Source: Styela clava (lineage: Eukaryota). From it: a DNA stretch of 64,000 bases. How positions within the stretch are numbered: the first letter of the stretch is position 1; every line of letters starts with the position of its first letter. Positions 37,285 to 49,628 of the stretch are shown here, one piece after another. Made by a program: the position numbers and the translations under genes. The stretch is taken from contig NC_135263.1 in NCBI RefSeq assembly GCF_964204865.1, positions 10,292,001-10,356,000 of the forward strand, read 5' to 3'. The notes beneath the pieces are model-generated. The model did no database searches. It was given only the letters and a program-made list of their open reading frames with translations, and had not been told where the DNA came from.

Positions 37285-40200
37285 ATGGAACAGGAAGGTA
37301 TTTAATAAAGTAGCTTTATTTTATTAATTTAAGTAACATTTAAATGAGCCTACTTTGATAATAAATGGAAACGGGATGAAATACTATTATTAAAAGCGAA
37401 AACATACTTCATTGTAATATTCCGTTTTATTTTTTATATCAGTTTGCCGCAATAAAAAAACATTTCAGTATGTAATGATATTTTTGTAGTTTATTTATCC
37501 TCATAATTCAAATAATTATTTCATGAGAAATTATGGCATTTTTTTTTGTCTGTTTCACCATTTTTGTCGTTTTGTACTTGTTTTAACCTAAATTTGTTGT
37601 TTTGCTTAAATAATTCACATAAATTATGCTTGTTTGTTACATGATTAAAAGAAACCTTTGTTTTCCGTGGCACATCAACATGCATATGGTCACGATAATA
37701 ACAAAAATGTGTAAGTCATAATTATCGGTTTAGATTAAAATATAAAAAGCTCTCAGCTGCAATCTATTTGCAAAAAAATCAACAACAAAAAATAACCAGT
37801 CTCATTGGCATTTCTTTCGTCACAATAGTCTCAAGTTAAACCATATTAATTATCGTTAGCATCGAACAAATGCAACAATGTACATATCACATTTTATCTC
37901 CTTTTTATGCGTTTTTGCTCCGATCTGATAAATCTGAGGAAGCAGACTGGTGCGCAGTATAACATAAATTGATAACTAACTATTGTATCAAAAACTCCAA
38001 ATCGTCAAAAAGAGACTTACAAACTTAGATTATTAGCGTGTCGTTATGTTCTTAGAACATTGCAATGACAAGCAATGCAACTTGCTTTGTGCTGTATCCG
38101 CAGACTCACGTAAAATTTACGTTCCTGATTAAACTTGAAGTATCAATGAAGTTTTTATTTTCAATAATTCTTATTTATATATATCTTGCTGTTTTTGTTA
38201 AGTTTTTTAATTAGTAATATGTATGATTGCAATTTTTGAAACCAGGAGTGGATGGAATGCTATTAACAGAAGCAAAAATATACATCACCGTAATATCCCG
38301 TTCTGTTCTTTATACCAATTTGCCTGAATCAAAAACATTACAATATGAAATAATATTCCCTGCAGTCATTTTATCTATTTAATTTAAAAAATTATTTCAT
38401 TAGAAATTATGTCAAAATTTTTGTCAGATTTTGCCTTTACACGGCTTTGTCTCAACTTGTTACAATTTGAATTTCGGTCATTCGGCTTGTTATATATTGT
38501 ATCATAATTATAACACTTCAGTAATTAGACATTTTTTCATCTTTAGTCTAAAATCAAAAGTTCGCTCGAAAAATGCTTGTTTTTCATCTGATTGAAAGTA
38601 ATCTTTGCTTTGTGTGGCATATCAACATGCATTCAATATGCCTTACTCATCATATTCTTGAACAAAAATTGCAATGCCCAGAAATGCAATTCGTTTTGTA
38701 GGCTACTGTATCCGCAGATCTGCTCCTGATAAAACTTGAAAATATTATTGAATGAATGAATTTATTTTCAATAATTTTTATTTATTTTTCATGCTGTGTT
38801 TGTTAAATTTTCTAATCAGTAATATGTATAATTGCCATTTTTTGGAACCTGGTTGTAACAAAACACTTTTTTATTTTGTTAAGCGACAGATCCGCCAGCG
38901 TATGTACCACCACATACAGTGCCAGTCGCTACTGCACCAGTCGTTGCCGCACCAGTCGCATACCCACCTACAGTTGCACCAGTCGCTTATGCACCAGGTA
39001 TAATTTTTCCCAAAGTGTTAGTTTGATTTTCATATTTTGCTATTCTATTGACTGCAATCGTACGATGAGTGCCATTGGGTGCCAAATACCATGCCCTGTT
39101 AGACCAATGATGACTTTTTACGAGAAATACTTCAATATCCTTGGGATTTCACTAATGTTCACTTAAGTTATATTGTAAAGTCTTCACCATCGAAACAGAA
39201 AATTTTTTCTTTATAAAGAATTTGCAAACCTCATGCTCAATTGGAATTGATTCAAATGCGAGTGCATGATTTTTAGAACGTACATTTGGATGATTTTTGT
39301 CTTGCATTCTATATACCTTGGTTTTGTACTTGTCGAAATCAAATGAACGTTTTCCCAACGATTGCTCTCCTTTCAATGACCACATGACATTGCAATACAC
39401 ACCGGTCAGTGGTATAGGCACAGTTGAATACAAAAAGCAATATACCAACGAGAAACAATTTTAGTCCTAAGACCATTCCATTGGGAGTGATAATACCTGT
39501 TAAATCTTTATTTAATTGAGTTGTTTTTGAGGTTTCTCTGCAAACAGAAGTGTTAATTTACTTTTGTACATTTCTTATTGTGTGAAGGTCGTATATTATG
39601 TTACGTTCTACATAATATATGTTGCTATTGTGTAGAGCATCCAGCAAAACAAAACAACTCATTTTCTCTAAAGATGCGTCTGAAATTTCTTTTAAACGAA
39701 TCTCTTGCAAAATCGATAAAGGTGGTAAACTGATATGTTTTCCGCTTTTCACAACTTGTATGCCGCAATACACGATGTGTTATAAGCCCTATATATGTGT
39801 TGAGAATAATGAAAATGGTGCAAATATTAAATATACATTTTGAAGTCTGGAAACTGTGATCTTGTCACATTAAAATTAAAATTCGAGATTTCGATGGTCT
39901 ACTTGAAGAGATTTTGTTTACGTAACTGTAAACTTCAATCACAGATACCATAACGTTCTCATCATGTGTATATATATATGAAAGAATATTACCATTTCAC
40001 TGATATTTTAATTGACGCACTCTCATGTTCAGCTACTGTTCCATATGTTCAGCAGCAACCACCACCGCCGCCGGCTGCTGGACCTACAATCGTGGTCAAT
40101 CAATCTGCTTCGTCATCAAATCAACAACAGCAGCAGCAACAGCAACAACAAGAACAAATATTAAGTGGGAGGCAGTTACTTCGTAAGGGGTTATGCCCCA

Positions 40201-41003
40201 CTTGCAAGTATGCTGTGTGTATTATCTTATTTAGATAACGTTGTTCATGCATCTAACTAACTCAGTTGTATAATCACATCCTTTTCAGATGTGTACAAAT
40301 GAAATGGATCTGTGTTATATATACTATGTCTGAGCCAAGTTTTTTCATCAAAATACATTACTTACGATAAATGACGTATGATATTGTCTTTGAAATTATG
40401 TGGGGTTCTCGTCTTCAGAATCTAAATTGGACAGATCACGTTATTGTTACAGGTTCTAAACTTTTGTATTCTCTCCACGTGATTAAAAAAGTTTCTTCTC
40501 TCAAATCCAACAACTGACCTTTTTATATCGGTTTTGTTTATTGTACTAAAAGGTTAAATTACATGTTATTACTGTGCACAGCGTTGATCTATTGATCGTT
40601 ATGCTGAATTTTTATTGTTCGCTGTCGAAACAAAAATCTCTTCTCCCTTCAATTAAGGACCAATCTCGTTCAAATTTCCATGAGTATAAGATGGAGGTGT
40701 CTCATGTTCGGCATATCTTTTGTATATATTATTTGTATTAGACTGGGCTTGTTGTATTCTATTAATGTAACTCGGCAAGATAGTGCTCAATAAACGATCA
40801 TGGCAATCGTACACCCTGGTGGATATGCATTCGACTTGTTCTCTTGATATTATTTATTATTACATTTTAGAATCGGGCAACTTAAAAACCATTTTACCCT
40901 AAAGGGTATATGTTGGGCTGTTATCCTTTTTCCTATCGGCCTTATCTGCTGTTACTTGTGGAGAAAGAAGAAATGCAACAGTTGTGGAGAAGTTTATGGG
41001 TAA
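37285..41003 (+). CDS. BRI3: Membrane protein BRI3-like, copy 2 (about 142 aa)
   Basis: Exons 37285-37297, 38890 (or 38884)-38997, 40033-40207 and 40871-41003 splice in phase. MEQEDPPAYVPP..QQQPPPPPAAGPTIVVNQ..(Q)10..GLCPTCKIGQLKNHFTLKGICWAVILFPIGLICCYLWRKKKCNSCGEVYG*. Confidence 0.9.
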
Positions 41004-41145
41004 ATTTATAACGAAACCGAGTAAAAGTGCGAACGACAAATGAACAGTATTATGACCACGTCGATTCGAATATATTTGATTTTATACAAAATAGAACATA
41101 ATATAAAAAACGACAGTGTTACCATTTTTTCATTTTTATGTTTTT

Positions 41146-41809
41146 TGTACTGTTTATTTATTATTCATAAATAAAACAAGCACGCAAATTATACAAGTGA
41201 ACTCAATAGTCTATTAGCGAATATCGAGCGAGAGACAAGTTATAGTGTTACCAACTTCACTATTCGAATATCCTTCAAGATATCGACAAGATCCTCCTTC
41301 CCAATCAAGAACATAGTCATTTAAATAAGTTGGTCATCGTCTGCTACGTTGAGGTCTTGTACAAACAGGAGATCATCAAATTTCTTCTAAAACCAACTTC
41401 TCTGCATATTGAAACATCTTTTTAGGTTTGCATTTATCGCCATCTCTCTTTTTCCAAATACGCTCAAGGTTACATAGAAAACAGCTTAAGCCTTAAGGTG
41501 TTCTTAATTGTCCATCTTCTAACTAGAACTTGAACATAGTCACCTGGTTGTAGAAGAGATTTTAAGAATTATACTTGCGATCATAATAACTCTTGGTCTT
41601 CATTTGCGTATGCTATATCCTTTTACTAAATCCTTGAGGTAATTTTATACTCCTATCTACGATATTTTCGGTTAATAAACGCTCCTCTTTATCCTCGTCG
41701 TCAAATGTTGCATTTATTTATTATTCGTGAATGAAGCAAGCATGCAAATTATACAAGTTAACTTAAAAGTATATCCATCGAGATACAAGTTACTTCAAGA
41801 ATCTCCACA
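41146..41809 (-). mobile_element. Internally deleted Ty3/Gypsy LTR retrotransposon (TRIM-sized relic)
   Basis: On the minus strand: 5' LTR about 41809-41706 (TG..CA); PBS-like TTTGACGACGAGGAT immediately after it; degenerate integrase C-terminal peptides (TQMKTKSYYDRK..LQPGDYVQV and TRPQRSRR*PTYLNDYV); polypurine tract GGGAAGGAGGA at 41302-41292; 3' LTR 41288-41146 (TG..CA). The LTRs share acttgtataatttgc.tgcttg..aataataaataaa. Confidence 0.75.
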
Positions 41810-44800
41810 GGGACAAGCGATTGACGATGACGACATAACTCTTGATCAACATCTAGCGGTGATCCACCAAACTTTTGCATGCGTTAATGGACACGGCAGT
41901 TTCAATATTATGTTGTTGTTCTCGTTATTCTTCTCCTTCGTCATGATGAAATCGCTTTTCTCTTCGAATACTATACCAATTGCTTTGAAATTTTTAGTGT
42001 TTAAAGATTGATTGTTTTGCCAAAAGGCTATTACTTTTATTTATTTCAAAAATTTCTGTGGACTTCAAGAGATTCGTTTTTATGTGTCAGAATAAAAAAT
42101 AGCGACACCTTGTGATGTGTCCATATATTTGAGCATAGGTCTCTCGTTTCTTGTTCTGATCTATTCACTAGTTTCGTGAAAGAATTTTCCATCTTTTTAT
42201 TCACATTCAATGTAATGTTATAGTATTCTTTACACATCAAACCAATTAGTCCAGTGGTGACACAATATAGACAAAAATGTTAATGAATTTCCACGATACA
42301 GAAAATTAATCGTTTAATACGAATGCGTGATTTTTGTTTTCAGCTTTTTTTTATAGATTTTTGAACATTATTACGTACAGATGCGCACAGTTAGAAGTAG
42401 GATGGTCATGTGGAGATAGATATTCATTAGAGATTTTCAAAGAGTCACAAGATCACAGATAAACCTCGCATTTCCCGCTTCAACTGAATTTCTCAAAGCC
42501 AAGATGCTTCGGCCGTAAAAAGAAGTTTGGGGGATTTGAAGGTGACCTAGCCACTCCTGGGTTACTATGAGAAGTGTTAAACGACGTGCAGGGATAGAAA
42601 AAGTACTACCTGGAGCCAGCGATAAACTTGAAACGGTTTGACTTTAAAGCGAATGTAGATTACTGTAAACAGCCCTCTCAATCGTTATCGGCCTGGAGAT
42701 TCAATCGTTTGAAAACGCACTTCAGCTTCCTTTTCCTGTTCGGGACGAGTTAGCACGCGAGAAATATATTCGAAAAAGAAAAATCTCAAACTATATAATG
42801 GTAACTCTAGTACAACTAGAATGAATTTGCGAAACGATGTGGCCTCAAAACTCTTGACTCATTCCACTGTGGTTTATATCTTGCTACCCATAAAGCTCCG
42901 AGACCGTACGTTACTTTCAAATATATGTAAATTCACAATTTGTGCTAATAGCGTGACATACGATTTTTGAATAGCGTCGCTCGCTCAGGCGTTTGGGGAA
43001 ATGCGTGCAGTACAATGCGCCCTACGAGTCGCCCACTCAGCATTTCTCGTACGAAAATCCGAATCTACGACGCTGCACTATTGAAGAACAGAGAAGAGCA
43101 ACATCGCTGAGAGCTCAATAGAACATTGGAATGAAATAGGCCTACTTCTTTGTTGAACAGGTATGGGAGAAAGATAACGTTCTTTTCGGAATCCTTTCCA
43201 CTGGGTCTTTTAAATCAAGCCGTTGAGACCCAAATGGCCATCTATTCAGGAAATTTTTTTATGCCTGATATCAAATGGGAAAATGAATATATTTTAAATA
43301 TATTTGGCAATTTGTGTTAAAATGAATGAGAAGCGCTCAACGTTCACGCCACTCTTGAGGCTATTTTCAGCTCCCAGATCGCCGCCTACTTATATTCTAT
43401 AATGAACAATTTTGCTTATATATTTGAAAAATTTGATTCGAAATGTGGTAGTTTCAATTCAAAATTTACCCGTAAGTTGCTGCAATAAATCACATATACA
43501 TTACAGAGTACAACAAATATGTTTCTCTGTAAAACGTTAAAGGCCGCCTATTCAAGTTGTGCTTGTAATTGTCGTTACAATTTTACGTCGATTTCATCTA
43601 CCTATCTTTCGTATGGGATATGGGTTACTCGGTTGATGAGGTGAGACACAAATACTATTTCAATTTTCGTGTAAAAATTCTCCATGAAAGTCCCTACTTC
43701 GATAACAGACAACGACAAACATTTTCATTCTTTCTTTCATCAAAAAGTGCTTATGAAAATTCTGATTTGTTTTATTTAGCGAACATGTGAGTTAAATAAA
43801 TAGAATGTGAATTTGGACTGCAATACATAGTTGGTACAATTTCTTTACTATCGGGAAAATACGCAAAATTTCCGCTGTCGCATAGGAATCACTGATAAAT
43901 CGTTTCTTTGTAACAAGTGGTCCGAAATTGCATTGCAATGCCTACCGCTATATATCATCATAATTGTGTCGCGAGAACAAAATGTTGCGACGTATTGATC
44001 ACGGCGCGCGATGGTTTTTGTTATGTTGCCACCGACTTTCGTGGATTCGGCAGAGACCGGAAATTACGTATAGCGACGGATCGTGTCTAGCGAACGCAGC
44101 CTTGTCTGTTGCTACTGCGACAACGCTCGCTCTCGAACTTAGTTCAGATTTTATCTGCTGTTGCAAGGAGCGAAGATATCGCCTTATATAGACTCGAGTT
44201 TAGGAGAAATTTTGGCGTCCGGATTGAAAAGTAAAAACTAAAGGCAGCAGCGTGATATATTTAACAATGAACGCAATCGTAAGAGATCGATTTTACTTAA
44301 CTTCAACGGCAACATAAAAAGTGTGGTTTTAAGGTAAGGCCGAGTATATTCGTATTTAGTGATACTTAATTAGGAGCATGAAACACAAGAAAGATGATTA
44401 TTTGAATAGTATATTATTCAAAGCGCATTCAGGTGTGTCACAAGGGTTGAAAACTTCGCATTTTTCATTTAGTAATAGAAACACTGGAAATCCGATAAAC
44501 GAGAAATGTAATACTCAGAGCGCTTTCGCATAATAAATACTTAAATAAGAAAGTCGATTTTTTCGAAGCCAGTGGACTATCTATTTCTTTGAATTTGACT
44601 AAATGTGGAGTTTTCTTTAAAAAAACATTCGGTTCGCCGCCTCACCATAATTGTGGAGTATTTCATATGCACATAATTTTTTTATCTCCAGAAAAAGGGC
44701 CAAAAAAACGATATAACTGGAGGATTGTTTATGGCAAAAATGACTTGGACTGAAGTGGATAGTGTCGATACGGAGGAAATCATGATACAATTTCCTCTTG

Positions 44801-46812
44801 TGTAAAATATGCCTGATGTTATAAATATATATACTGTTTCTTTTAGTTTTTATACTTCAAACCGTACGTCAGCATACCAATTGCTTTAAACCACAACCTT
44901 TGTTTCGCATTTCACTCCGACGCCCACTGATTTTTGACGGCCGTATGCATATGCTATACTTCCTGGTATTACCGTACACGTCGACGTATGAGAGGTGATG
45001 CCTTTTTGTAAGTGAGATTTACAAATTAGCCGCCTAACTGGATCAGACTGGTTATATCCAGTTTTTTTTAAATAAGTCGAAACTAGCAAGATGATTAATA
45101 ACCATGCAATGTTACTTTTATTGTTTAAAATCGTAGCATGTAAGGATAAATTACCTACGGACTAGACTTGCATTGAACAAGGCCAAAGTTTTAAAATTTA
45201 GTCGGAAATACTTCTTTAATTATAATAAATAGTCAATAGTCAATAAATTCACAGGCTTGATTCTTGTCCTGTGGTATAAAAAAGTGCGGAGATACCCTTC
45301 GATCCCAAAACACACTTTCAAAAAGATGCACGCGTGTAGTCGAAAGAAACACCCAAACATTATCTGAGAAATATCGTTGCATATCAGAGTCGCGAAGAGC
45401 AGGGTTTTCATCAGTATTTCATGTGCGTTCTAAGATTAAAATATATTATTTTATAAGTCATATATAATTTTTGTAGATCGCTTTGTGTGTATATATAATA
45501 GTTCTGATTTGCATCACGATCGTGCTGATGATTTTTTTCGTGCGATTCCGCAGATGCAGGCGTTCGCAGCCGAGTAAGCCCGCTGAACATTCGTTCAATG
45601 TTTTGATTGTCGCTTCGTTTCCGGGTCCTGCGACCAACCCACGCCGAGCGCTCATCTTGATTTATTCTCTTTCTTTTCTCTTCGCGACAGTTTCGCCCTA
45701 TCACTTCCTATCCCGCTCCTCCGCCCGTCACAAATTCGTTCTGTTTGTGCACGAAAGAAAGACGATGATGCGACTCAGCGATGCCACATCAAGGAAATAA
45801 TTGCAGGCGGCGAGCGGTAGGGTAATACTGCACATTTTGTTCTTATAATCAAAAATATCAAACTCCTTATTAGCAATTTGTAGCCGGAAGATAACAGCCA
45901 ACTATATGTGTCACTCCCGAACGGAGTGGAATGCTTGCGTACTAATAAGCAGTGTATATAAACTATATTAAATTAAGTTATTTGTGTCATATGCTTACAT
46001 TTTCATATTTTAAATTTTTATTTTAAATACCTGTGTTTCATCTGTGCAAATGGTGTACTCGGCCAATCTGTTTACACGGAGTTGCTTCCTACTGTATTTT
46101 TCCTACTATATTTTCTTCTAGATATATATATATATATAATTCAGATTATGGCAATGAGCATATCAAATGCGTCTCAATAAACTCTCTATCATTCGTGAGA
46201 CATTCAGTAATAGTTATATTGCGGCGGATGTTGTCAAATGAACGATTATTATCTATTTCAAACTAATTGTAATTATTGTATTTTGTCTTGAATATTACTA
46301 CATTCGGTCATTTGCGTATGAACTTTAAGAAGGAAAACTCCATATTATGTGAACGATGTCATTGAAGAAAATACTGTAATACAGTTAAAATAACTGTGAG
46401 GATCTCACTTTTTAGTCTAGATTCATCAGAAATAGGAATGTCTAGAAAAAAATTTCATGGAGCAAACAGAACCGAAGAATTACCTTATTAATTAACTTAT
46501 TGTATTTAACCCAATCCAATGCCTTCATTAAAGGTAATAGCAGTATTAATTTGTTGGGAGGCAATGAATCACACATCTTCCACGAAAATTTAAAGCATCG
46601 TTCTAACAATTTCTCTTCTAATTCTAGAAGTTATTTGACAAAATATTGTTGTTTGATGTTGCCAGTAATGGTTTAATTCACCTTGGGAAACCAAATACCA
46701 GGTTCAAGATGTGGCTTCATTTAAAAATAGTTAAGAAGTTACGAGCGTTGGCGATTAAAGTTACTGAATTTTTTTTTCTAATGAACATTAATGTATGAAC
46801 GCACATAGAAGC

Positions 46813-46865
46813 TGACGTGTACGAGGAATTGCGAACTGGTGACGGCCTACGGTGACGTCACGTCA
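46813..46865. promoter_or_regulatory. Cluster of CRE/ATF motifs (candidate enhancer)
   Basis: A perfect TGACGTCA at 46853-46860 plus half sites TGACG (46813, 46840) and CGTCA (46861) within about 50 bp of a CpG-rich patch. Function is untested. Confidence 0.35.
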
Positions 46866-49628
46866 TGCGGAAATAGCCCACAGGTGACCGACTTTTTCGA
46901 GCAGGTATTATCGCTTGAAATTTTGACACAGCGCGCTGATTGCCGAAGTCTGTTTGGCTCGATGAAGTAAAGATTAAGAAAGATAATTTATATTGAATAT
47001 ACTAATATTTTAACGTTCATTAGAGCATTGTCTACTTTTTTTAAACTATACTGAACTGAATGTTTGGTTAAAGTGCAGATTTTTGAAGTTCAAAATCTTG
47101 GTCAGATTTCTGGTGGATAGATCTTTTGTCTGCCTGAAGTAAAACAAGGTTTGAGTAAAGTATAACAGATTAGAAAACGCCGTCATCGTGCTTCTATTTT
47201 GGAACCATGCCAACCATTGTCATATATAGATTTGAATGAATAATAATCTTCATGATTTTATCCGACACTTCCTGGCGATATAAGCGAACGGTAGGTGAAG
47301 AGGTTGCGCGCGCCTTGTCCATTGTTATCATTATGACGTAAGCCACACTGCAAAAATCACTAATTTATGCGCGAAGCGCTCAGTGTATGTCTTTACATGT
47401 CATTTCTATAATCATGGGTAATGAATAGTCCGTATTTTGATGATCTTGGCTAGAATCTCGTTTCCGTAATAGAGGAGATGGCAATCAGCTGGCTCATTGG
47501 GGCAAAATAATTTTATTGAATCTTTAGTATATATTAGTACACATAGTGTGGTACTCGGGCTGTAAAACAATTCATTATACAATGACTACGACGAATATCG
47601 TTCATTAGCACATTGGATATGGTTTGATTAGTCATAGTTTCCTCCTTACGTCGTGACTTGTGCTGTGATCTGTTCTTAACATGCAGATTCCGAAGTTGTC
47701 GCAAAGACGTCACGATTCGTGGCAAGCTGTCGGTGAGATTTAGATGTCGACGTTTTATATATCCGCATATATCGATAAATGCTTCTACGACAATCCATAG
47801 GTCTTGAAAACAGTATAGGGCAGTTTCGTCAAACTCTTTGCCCGATGGGAGGAGGTTAGATTTCCGTGTTTACGAAAGTCTTGTTTGTTTTAATAATAAA
47901 TACGGAACTGCTGGCGAGGCTATTATCGCCTGTTCACTAATGTCGAAATGGCAGAATGACCATTGTTTGTTGAATATTTTATAATATGAAAAGTTAGATT
48001 AGATAAAGTTTCAGGCATGACGCAGATATGGTAAAATATCACGATGTTAATTCCAGTGAATAAGTGTACTAGATTTTAGACAGTTGTCAGTAGATTTTGA
48101 TTTTGTTTGTTTTATAAAAGTTAATTATGAAGATACATAAAATAGATTGATAATCTTAAACAAGCATAAACTTGCTGTTGTAATTTGACTCACCTAGTCG
48201 AGACACATGAGAACGGTGATATGAAGGTTATACCTCGAGGTCACCCAGGACAACTATGCCAGGTACACAATAGGGTGGTAACCTGCCGGCATCCTGTCGT
48301 GTTCCGTACATGCGAGGCGATGAACTCGTATAATTCCCGTCATTAGGTGCTATATTGTCGTCAGTTGTTCTCTGAAAATCATAGTGATCTAGTCTCGTAG
48401 TTTATACAGCTTTTAGTATATTTATTTTTTTCAGATGTTAAATTGCACTGCGCTGTGCAAGTATGACACTTGTATCTGATTTCCATATATCCCAAGATTT
48501 AATGATAGACCAACTTAAATTGAGATCTCCAGGGCATGTGTGGTATGCTCGTGTTAATAAATGATATGTGTAGGGTGCTGAGGTATTTAAATGATTCATT
48601 GTTTCATTGCTATTCTCGAGCATGAAAATGATATTATGATGTCATTTTCGCGCCATGACGTCACCTGTTATGTTCTTTTTTCACTTTCAACTAATGGCTA
48701 ACATCTGACCGAGATTGCGCTACCCTATGTAGTGCTAGCGAAAATTGAATTTCCTTCAATTTCACATACATTTTGAGGATCCCTCCTCCTGACGTAGATT
48801 GCAATATAGCCAGGGTTACCACATCGTGCTTATTTCTAAGAAAAGTGCTTATTTTTGAGTTACGTGCCTGTTTTGTCCTGGAAACATGGATGACCCGTCC
48901 ATGTTTTACGTACAAAGCTTCCGTGGAAACATGGGACAATGTTTATCATTAACGCGTATTCGCTGCGTTACTATTGTGAGCTATGAATTATCCGCGTTCC
49001 ACCGTGACCTCATGTCTCGGACATGCTAACTCTCAGCGCAAACTTTTTCTGTTAACGGTAGGGTTTGCGGCCACAAGAAATTTGCAAAAATCATTGCGGG
49101 AAATCAAAGTATGGAGACTTCACAGAGCAGTGTGTCCCCCTTCTAGAGGCGTTTACCCCCTTGTTTATCATTCCAATGGTAATTAGAGTGTTACTTTGAT
49201 TGGCAGATTCCTTATTCCATTGTGTTCAAACAATTTATGCTCAACAAAATGAAAACAACCTGTGAAATAACTTTATCAAGCAATGAAAATAGGAAGAACG
49301 GGGAGTTTTCTTGTAAAGTTAAACGTAAAATCAGTTTTGTGCCCCTCTTGGTGGGCCACGCGCTCCCGGTTGGGAGGTTGGGAACCACTGCTTCAGAGGT
49401 TGCGTGTGGCTGTGACTTCGCGCCATTTCCATGGCTTTCTTGTTCGAAGCGACTTTTAATAAAAAAAAAAGCGTGGATAAAAAATTGGCAGTGCGGAAGA
49501 CACTCGTGTATGATTTCTTTTTCATTCTCATACTGCGTTTCTGCCGTTGTTAAGTACCCCCCACTTTTAAATATAACCTTTGACACCCGTGCTTATTTTT
49601 GGTTGTAGGTAGATGGTAACCCTGAATC

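Larger units (their letters stand above)
27855..39345 (+). repeat. Tandem segmental duplication (unit 1 about 27855-32395, unit 2 about 34155-39345)
   Basis: Long colinear non-coding matches: cttacaaggttctgtagc..gtgttcgttgttttgatgaatataattta (about 27876/34185), gacaccattgggaaactccgttgtcac (about 28289/34643), cacagacccgcgggga (about 29850/36135), catcacagcgtagaaagatgg (about 30479/36676), and gtacttgt.gaaatcaaatgaa (about 32371/39326). Confidence 0.9.

Noticed and set aside
42400-42800. Hidden coding exon or TE protein in a GC-richer patch
   Set aside because: The plus-strand frames I read are interrupted by stops and no recognisable motif was found.
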